A DNA stretch of 64,000 nucleotides from Bigelowiella natans CCMP2755 (lineage: Eukaryota > Protista > Cercozoa): the NCBI GenBank assembly GCA_000320545.1, contig ADNK01000427.1:124001-188000 (forward strand). The letters are read 5' to 3'. Shown here piece after piece: positions 41,376 through 50,900 of the stretch. The position numbers and the translations under genes were made by a program. Position 1 is the first letter of the stretch. Each line of letters opens with the position of its first letter. The notes under the pieces were generated by a model. The model did not search any database, had not been told where the DNA came from, and saw only the letters and a program-made list of their open reading frames with translations.

Positions 41376-42047
41376 CCCTGCACACATACTACGTCTACTA
41401 CCTGGAGATTTTGGTTTAGAATACGCATTCCGTGCAGCCTAGTAAAACATTATATGGCCATATTCGCGTTATGGTGGGGAAAGAGGAGGAGGCGCACAGA
41501 GAAAGGGCAATGCGTGCTGCTGCTCAGAAGTGCCAACAGCTTTCAAAGCAAAATCATAGAAGAAGCTTCCTCGGGTTGGTATGCAAATGCACAGAATATG
41601 ATATTTCTGACGCTTTTACATGACGTTGTGTAAGGTGCAAAATGATCCGCACATGCAAGCTACCCTCTGATGGCCCTGTCTGTTACAGCGGGATCTTGGT
41701 ACTGAGCGAAGACCCTGATTAGTTTCGATAAATGTTAAATTTTGAGCTATTAAACATGCAATATCATATATGTGTGTGGTGAGTAGACGATGGTGACAAC
41801 GCGGTGCTATTAACGAACTACTACAATGCATAATACCATCCTTTCATCTTTTGTGTCAACGGGTCTCTCGGCAGGTACAATCCCTAGGAGAGAGGGGGGG
41901 GGGGGGTAGAAGGAAGTAAACAATCGCATTTTTTTTTTTTATGTCACATTTCTTATTTGGATGTTACCTAAGACTGTATTTCATGGGTTGATATATGGTT
42001 TGACTATCACTGCACATACAGCCACCACCAGCATCGTGGTATTGTTC

Positions 42048-42087
<40 letters not shown>

Positions 42088-42282
42088 AAACATGTCTGTC
42101 TTCAGTATAAAAACACACCTTCAATGGCCCGAACGCTTCAAATATTTCCTGCATGAAAAGTATGATTATCTCAAAATTTCGCTCGTGTGAGATCGAAGCA
42201 CGAGAAAGTTCTTCAATTCCAAGAGAGCAACGATGTTACATTACAATAATAGCAAGGCCACAGACGACCTCAAAGTCGTATA

Positions 42283-42326
<44 letters not shown>

Positions 42327-42738
42327 ACCTGAATTTGTTCTGGGTACATTTTGAGTGGGAAGCCTATGAAGTTCAAGGAACGATGATGATGGTGATGATG
42401 ATGATTATAATGATAATGATGATGATAATGATGATGCTTCTGACTCCAGCAGGTAGCTGTCCTCAGTTTACCTCTTCAATTATATCCTTTTTTCTTACGA
42501 TAACTTGTCATATTAATTATTTATTGTTGCTACTGGTGCGTTTCAATATGCAGATAGTAAGTGCATTTATTTCATACCTGCTGCATAAATCTTGCCTGGG
42601 CCTTCTTCTACGGTAGGACCGACAGCCCTCCTTTTCACGCCTTCATAGCAAAAAGGGAGGAAGAGGAATGGGAGACGCCGAAGCAAGCAGGGCCGATTGG
42701 CACACAACCCAAGACAAAGTCACACCACATTGGACAAT

Positions 42739-42791
<53 letters not shown>

Positions 42792-43278
42792 ATGTAAAGG
42801 ACTACTATGAAGATGGCATTGGCGCTAATCTGGCGTTGATTTATATGGAAGATTAATAAATCTACAACCAAAAAGTCTACAAGATATATGGTGATGGCAA
42901 GTTGGTGGCTGGCTTGTTTGCTCCTAGTATTGTATATTAATGTTGGTTCCATCCTACATATTGATGATGGTCATTTATTCTCTTTTCACTTTTTACCAAG
43001 TGGGGCGAGATCCAACTGCTGCGGTTGTGGACGTAACCCCCAAGCTTCCTGAAGAAGGATGATGATTTCATTGAATGATTCTCTACTTTTTGAGAATCAT
43101 GCACAGCAGAGAGAAGAAGACAAAGTACGTGGAGGATTCTTACTACTACTACTATTGCTACTCGCACCACAGCACTACTACCTGGAACTTCGTTTCATCA
43201 AATCCTGTTGGCCGACCAATGTGAATCTGCACACCTTGGTACAGTAACGACCCAACCTAAGTAGAGAACAAGGATGAT

Positions 43279-43318
<40 letters not shown>

Positions 43319-43427
43319 AAGAGTTTGGACGAGAATTCAACATTTTTGAAATAATTTTATTAGTTTGGAACATGTTTGATATATGGTGAAAGCTAGCATT
43401 CCTAGTTGCCACCACCACCACTACTAC

Positions 43428-43461
<34 letters not shown>

Positions 43462-43695
43462 TTATGATATGGGCGGCTGAACGTCGCGCAGCTTCCTCAT
43501 CATCATCATTGTAAACTAGCATCATTATCATCATATAAACAACAACGCACGTTGAGAATCTGCACAGCCTCTTCTGCAGTTCGGAACTCGATGAATGCGT
43601 ATCGACCCATCGGATTTAGAAAGACCTGCGATGATAATGATGATGATGATCATAATGATCATGATCATGATCATAATTCTCCGGTGACTACAACG

Positions 43696-43731
<36 letters not shown>

Positions 43732-44126
43732 GCACGCACCTGCAGCACAGAAGCACCAGGAACCCTTTGTGGGCCTTGTCCTATCTCCAGTACACGGTTA
43801 AAGAAGTATCTGATAGCAGACAACAGTGAGAATGATAAACATCCTCATCATTATCATCATTATCATCATGATAATGATGATGATACAACACTGTTCTAAC
43901 TACTGAGATGGTTCATATATGATGGTTGCGAGATATGAACGACACTACTTCAAAATGCCAGTCGTCCGCACAAAGAGCAACCATTAAGGCACGAAAAAGC
44001 TTGCGCACTACCGTAAATCATCCGATGTCGCATCTGGAGGAAGCTGGGTCGTGGGGAACAGCAACATCCCCAAAATACGGCAGGGGAGAGTAGTTCAGAC
44101 AATGTGCATCACGCAGAAAGAACAAA

Positions 44127-44167
<41 letters not shown>

Positions 44168-44908
44168 GGGAGACGCAATAATTTGGGCTGAATTGCTAAG
44201 TGGTTCTTAATACATTCGTGACATAAACCCTAGACCACATGCGATCCTCTTGAAGCTGCTCCGTAAGAGTCTTCTTCTCCTTTAAAACCTGACCCAATCA
44301 GCGCGTCAGGTTTCCGCATACATACATAGGCACACGCATTCTATGAGAATCATGTTGGGAGCGAGGCAGCACGATTCTATGTTGTTGTTGGATCAGAGTC
44401 ATGGAAGTTTTAGGCTTGTTCTCATCAAGCGCGGTGGCACCGCCCTCTCGACGAATACGAACGAATTTGATCATCATCTCCAACATACAAAAAGACATCA
44501 ACGTGCACGGGTACATATTGACTCAAATGCATTAATGTAAGAATGTGTGCTGTATGGGTATCCGCGACGTTAAAGTCACAAAATCCATCCTCTTCCGCAA
44601 TTAATCTTGTTTGCACTTCTGTAGCCATAATGATATTCATCATCATCATCATCATCATCATAATCATTGTTCTCTTCGTACAAGAAGACACACACACCTT
44701 CAGCTGCATCGTTTGGAAGTACTCCTGAACTCTGTACGCATGCATCAAGAACGAAAGATTGGGTGATAATGGCATGGAGGGAAAAACTCGACGAGCATCA
44801 AGAGAACGACGATGTAACATGCAACATGCAGCTATCACCGAAGCTAGTACCGACGAGGTACATGAAAAACGCAAAATAGACTCATAAACTCTGTTGTTTC
44901 TACCACTG

Positions 44909-44944
<36 letters not shown>

Positions 44945-46492
44945 ATGGCATTACTACTACTTTCACCTCTTAATCCCTCTAGCTGTCATTGGCTTTATGA
45001 TGCTGCCAGGGCCGGTGCTGTTAGGTCCAGCCTCCATCGTAGAGATCTGCGAGGTTGCAGTATATCAGAGTATAATAATATCGATGATGCGAAAAAAGTC
45101 AATATACATATGTTCCATCTCATCAGCAAATAGCAATATCGAGAGGATGGCATTGACGTTGCAGTATTTATGATTCAATCGCCACTTCTTGAGGCACTTG
45201 GCCTTGAGGTTGGTAATAATATTATATAATAGTACTAGTAGTCGAAGTACCTCAAATTCGTGAAGACTGTCTTCTGGTGTTACGATGGAAGGGCCAGGAC
45301 GCAACTGCTGGCCTATGATGTAGTAGTAACAGCATGATGGGGAGGAAGAAGGAGAGCGAAAAAGAATGGGAAAATCGTAATTAGTCCTTAATAATCATCA
45401 TAACACTCACGTCTCTATAAAAAGCTCGCATGGTCACTATTATTATAATTAGTATTAATAATAATATGATTATTATTATTATCTTTTGACACGTTAATTA
45501 CCTCCATCCCATCGGCGCCTACGTGGTCTTCGTCTGCTTGGAGCTTGCGTGGGCATTAGACTCGGCGGTGAAACGACAGCCACTGACGAGTTTGCCACTG
45601 CTGTGCCATTTGATGACGGCTGGCCACGGAAATAATGGAATCCCTTAGCGATTCTAGATCTATCAGTTGCTGTCGTAGTATTCGTTTTATGCAAACTTCC
45701 GGCAGCGGTTCTGGAGCTGTCATTCCCCCCCTTCACAACTTCATTGCTACGATTGGCATTAAACACCTTCCCCACTTCCTCCTGGTTTGCTATTGCGGTG
45801 GTGATATTTGAACTAATGGTCCCGCGATTGGTAACGTTATGCCCTTCTTCTTCTTTAGTTTCTTGCTGCATCATAGCAGCGCCTATTGGTTCGAATCCCA
45901 CCCTGAACCGCCCTGCCTTACTATTCTCGTCATCATAACTTGAAGATGACCCGCCATTTTTTCCCCTGCTTGCTCGTCTATTGCGTTTGCTTTCTCTGCT
46001 AGAGTGTCTTCTTCTGCTCTGGTAGCGCTGCCGCTGCTGCCGCTGCTGCTGCCGTCCGATTCCTTGCCGGGATGGTAATGGGCCTTGTTCTTGTGATGTT
46101 CTTTGATTTGCCGACACACACCCGCCTGATAGTCGATGAATGATGTCAGCTGTGTTTGAAGGCCTATGGCCGCTAATTCTGCCTCTGCCGGTTTGTTCGG
46201 TTTCTCCCCCATTGGGGATAATATCAAGGCTGCAGCCAAGCACGTTTGTGTGGGGGTGAGGCTTGGAACATAAGAAAGCTCTGTAGTAACCAAAACTGCC
46301 GGGAAGGAAGTTGACATCAGTAGATTGACGAGGCATGAATGGCCCATTTGAGTCTGCAATGCCAGCAGAGGCGACGATCATGACGATGGATACGAAGAGC
46401 GTTGTGCGTCGGCAAAACCAGGGGGTGAGGGAGACAGGGTCATGGTGGCAGTGGGAGGGGGGATAATGTTGCCTATGTAGCCCTTGAGTCAT
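39513..46492 (-). CDS. Divergent U2AF large subunit (U2AF65)-like splicing factor: basic region + RRM1 + RRM2 + UHM, with a long N-terminal extension
   Basis: ULM-like RRRPRRRRWDG. RRM1: RVYVTN|LPPDATSDDLR|YFFN...|VFLNPMGRYAFIEFRTAEEA...IGRP. RRM2: GKIYAA|GFP...|EIFEAFGPLK|...RDPLTQKMKGW|VFAQYQDPAVTDRAI. UHM: EQLKDDT|EYLSIFNDIR...FGNISKLIIPRP...GVG|RVYVKF...VYWPE|DRF. Stop at 39513. Confidence 0.85.
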
Positions 46493-47547
46493 TGGCCATG
46501 GAGTCTCACGTTAAACGGGAGAAAGCACTCTTGACAGTCAGATCATTCAGCGAAGGGAGGAGGGTCTAATTCCATTCCTGATTTCTGCTTTCTGTTTTCC
46601 GTTTGCATGTGTTTTGGAATCGTGTTCTGCTCAGTTATTTTGGCTTATTTTCCCTTGCAGAAAAGGAGGCCGCAGGTTCTTGATTTCCCCACCGCACAAC
46701 CACACTCATCACTGTGCGATGTCTTAGACCAGATTTTAAGCTGAATTTAACCACCTAATCAAGGGAGAAACTCTCGCTCACTTTTGTCTAGATTTTGGAT
46801 TTGCAAACGGTCGTTCCTCAAAGGCCGACAGGACAGCAGCCTGCGAGTGATGCCTCAGGCTTTTCTTCACGTGCCTCCGAACACTTCATTCCTGTGATTC
46901 TTCCCGCTTTGATTTGCAGACGATTTACATCTCATCCTGCAGCTACGACATCTGTTCGCTGTGACACGCAGACACGGGGGAAAGGTGAGCTTGGGAGGAA
47001 GAGCGAGGTCGACGTCGACAGTGCCAGTGCGTTGAGAGTGCGCAAGGAGTGCAGAACTGGGATGAAGTGAGGTGAAGAGCCACTTGCAACGTTTTGCGAA
47101 TCAGTTCTAGAGTTGCTGACAAACTTTTCCACGAACGAACGGACTCACCACCAGGGAACAATTGCCAGGGAAATGAAGTGCGCAATCAACAGGCGGGAGG
47201 GAGCCACGCGCCACCGCCTAGCGCAAAATGACAAAAAGTTGCGCTGTTCTGGCGTCTGTCCGTTGGCACAGTGAAAATCGTCACGGTGGTGGTGCACGTC
47301 GTGCAAACCATGCACAGCGCACGCAAGGCCAGAAGGACACAGCACGCCAGCACGTGTTGCTGCACGATGCACGTTCAGACGTGCTGTCTGCGTGCCTTGC
47401 AATTGTCACATTGTTGTTGTTGCCACAGGCAGCCCTAGAGCCTGTCAGGCAGCGTGGCACGGTGCAGCATCGATGAACTGATCACGTCCAGACGTGTCGA
47501 TCTGCACACCCAGACACGTGTGCACGTGCATCGCCTGTCTAGCTGTG

Positions 47548-47873
47548 TGTTGCGCGTAAGGTGTTCACAGGCCGAGGCGCTACGTGCACAAGTAGGCAGG
47601 GGGGGGGAAAGGCACGTTTGCTTCCTTTTGAAGAGTTGTGTTTATTTTTATTAAAGATTATATTTTTATTAAATCGTGCACTGCGTAATCATTCGCGAAG
47701 CTTTCGCGAATGCCGCCGCACGTGGGGCAGCACACTTCCGGTGTGCTGCCATGAGTCCCGCCGGAACCCACGTGCCTATGCTGTATTAATATCTACGTTA
47801 TCTATATTCTATATCCGCGACAACCCCTTTGTTGTCGCACGTGACTTGTGCCCGCGTAGTGGTACGCGCTACA
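47548..47873 (-). repeat. 3' LTR
   Basis: 326 bp and identical by eye to 52938-53263. Terminal imperfect inverted repeat TGTAGCGCGTA...TACGCGCAACA. Confidence 0.97.
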
Positions 47874-47882
47874 CCTCCCCCA
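47874..47882 (-). other. Polypurine tract (PPT)
   Basis: Minus-strand TGGGGGAGG directly abuts the TG of the 3' LTR and is preceded by AAGGAAGGAAGGAG. Confidence 0.85.
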
Positions 47883-47924
47883 AGTCACGTTGCTCCTTCC
47901 TTCCTTCCTTATTCCCTTAGACCT

Positions 47925-50900
47925 TCATCGCTTTCGGAACTTCACCAACCACCAGGTAATAGATTCCTCTCTAACCTTATCTCCTTTGTCGCTTACCCAG
48001 AACTCACCTTCGTCCTTAGGTTCGTGTCCATACCAGCCCTCTGCATCAAGGTCCCCCAGGACCTTATACCAGTGCTCAAAGGGTAAGTCGGGAACAGCTA
48101 GGTAGAGTAGCTGATATTTTCCGTCCTTTATTTTCATAGCTACCCTCTCCATATTTCGTAATCCAGGGTAGCCTAGATAGACAATCTTCATGCGCCAATC
48201 GTCGTTCACCCTGACCTTATTGTTTCCATATTCCACATCGAACTTAGGTCGGGGTCCTAAACAAGGCATTGCTCGCTCCCACACAGTAGGGTTTACTTTA
48301 ACATCCTCTAGGAGCTTCTCACCGATATCATAATTCTTTAGGTGACTGATGTGGCGCAAGGTGACCCTGTTCCCATCATAGATGTAGTACTGCTTCCTCC
48401 CCTTCCTCTCGGTAACCTTTGCAACGCCACCCCAGAAGGGGTCTTGTTTATTTCTCGATCTCAGATTTACCTTGGCCCTAACATACTGTCCTTCCTTTAG
48501 AACTCGGCCATCGTACGGGACCTTCTCGTCTTCGCTCTCGGTATCGTCGTCGTTGTCGTCGCCTTCTTCCCTCTCCTTATCCTTGATACCTCCCCCAGAC
48601 GTGAAGGTGTCGTTTACTAACCCTTGTATCTTGTCTGGTGTGGTGCTATTTATCCTGCTTAGGTTGGCCAAGGTGCGGTGGAGTCGCTCTACCTTGGAGT
48701 TGGACTGGGCATAGTATACAGGTGAGGCATCAATATTAGGGTGTGGTAGCTGTAGAAGAGAGGTCTCATTATCCACATGTAACTTCTTTGGTATCTTGTT
48801 TATGCTAACTTCATCAGGGATAGCCTGGAGCTCAGACTCCCAGGTACGGTAGCAGTTAGTAAGCCTCTGCTTATATAAGCCTTTGTTCTTCTTAGCAACG
48901 TTGACCTTGATAATCTTTTTAACCCAGCACTTTCCAGTGGCCACATCAACGAAGGTAAGGTAGTGATAGCCATCGTACTTATAAACATCAATTTGCACGA
49001 TATCTAAGAAGTTCCTTGCTTTGATTTTCTTAGATGCACGGCTCTTGCTGGACTCCTTGGTGGCGACGCCTGCCGCCTTCAAGCTGGAGCACCTGCAGCC
49101 ACGCAGGTATGTCCTTATCTCTTTTAGCTTGTAGGGCCAGTAGTAATGGTAGAGTAGAGCAGTGATATGGTTTTCTCCTACGTGTGCAGGTCCATGGGCG
49201 GTAAAGAGAAGGGCTCCCCTGGTCCGCCGTGGCACGTAGGTACGCCTAACATTATTAGTGTATACATATATCCTATCACTAAGTACCTCATGCTTGTGTT
49301 TGTATTTATCCAGGTGTTCTTGAAGGTGCTGGAGCTCCTCTGGCTCAGGCAGGAAGTCGCCGTCCTCGAAGGTAATCGCGTTAACCATAGGGGTGACCTG
49401 GGTAGGGACTTTCTTTTCGAACAGCCTGCTGAAATAGTCAGCAAGCTGCTTGTCTCCTGGTGCGTAGACCACTGTCCTCTTGTCCCTAAACTCTTCCGTG
49501 TCCGCCCTCATAGCTGCATACTCATCGTTAGGCGCTTCGAGCTTGCGGTCGATGCCTAGGAGGGGCTTGTGGTCAGTCATTAAGGTGAAGCTGGGCACCG
49601 ACAGCAGGTAGTATCTTAGTTTCCTCTGCGCCTCAGTCATGGCTTTATACTCTCCTTTTGTAGGGCTGTACTTGGCCTCAGCTGCTGTGCAGGCCCTGCC
49701 CCACACCCGTATGATCTGCTGGTCTTGGGTAAGTACAGCAGCCATACCTAGCTTAGACCAGTCTGTCCATAGGGTAGCTGGTCTAGTAGTGTCTAGCTTA
49801 GCATTCAATAGGGTGTTGCTGCATAACTTTATTAGGTTATCGAAGTGGGCATCAAGGCCAGCCTTGGCCCACACCTTAGCGAAGCTGAGGCCTACAGAGT
49901 TCTCCTTCCGGTAAGCAGTAGTAAAAGCAGCTGCAGTCCTAGCGTAGGTAGGGGAGAACCTACGTAGTATCCAAGCTGCAGTCTGCAAGAATGACTTTAA
50001 CTCCTTTGCATTCTTAGGTTTAGGGGCTTGCTGTAGTGCTGCTACTTTCTCGGGGTTTGGGGTGATGCGGCCTTGCTCCAGGTAATATCCACACCACTTG
50101 ATTCTTGTAGCTAGGAATGTACACTTCTGCAGTCTAATAGTAAAACCGAAGTGTGCAAACCTAATAAATATATTTTCCAGGAGGAAGATCTGAGCGACGA
50201 CTGTGTTGGTACATATTATGTCATCATCCACATACACAAACACAAACACCCACAACACAGACGCCATCCCATCATGTGTGTATGCCCTGTAGTTCTGACT
50301 ACTGAACGCATCCCCTGATATGCTTAGGCCGTAAGGGAATACGACGAAGTGCCACTTCCTGTGCCTGCTGGAGAACGCGGTAATGGGGCGGGAGGTTTTG
50401 TGGATGGGTGTCTGCATGTATGATTCATTTTTATCTAGGGAAGAGTAGTATTTGTATCCTATGACGTGTTCAATAACGTCATCTATCCTTGGTGTAGGTG
50501 TCTGGATCCTCTTTATTACTCGGTTGTGGCGGATGAAGTTGTGCGCCAGGCGGAAGAAAGGGTAAGTAGGTTTCTTAGCTAGCACATGTCTCACGTTCCA
50601 TGGTGAGTTGCTTGGCTCTATCTTCCCTTCCTTTGCCCATTCATTGATCTGCCACTCTATCTTTTCCCAGTCCGCTTCCGGTCGCCTATGTTCTGGGTCA
50701 TTGATGATGCACTCTTCGTATCCCTTCTTTAGCTCGATCTTTACTGGGGTAAGCTTGCTGGAGGGCTTCGTCGTCGGCTTGGTGATGTCAGAGTACTTCT
50801 CGTTTAATATTTTATTAATGTACTTTTTGCCTTTGTCGATATCCCAATCATCAGCTGGGGGGGTCTTGTCCAGTAGCTCCGTTATCTGTCGGATGGTCTT

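Noticed and set aside
47561-47920. 119-aa and 117-aa + strand ORFs duplicated at 47561 and 52921
   Set aside because: They are antisense translations of the two LTR copies, with non-ATG starts.
47928-48330. Chromodomain or env gene at the polyprotein C-terminus
   Set aside because: There is no chromodomain Y/LVKWKG...TWEP pattern, and no signal peptide or transmembrane segment.
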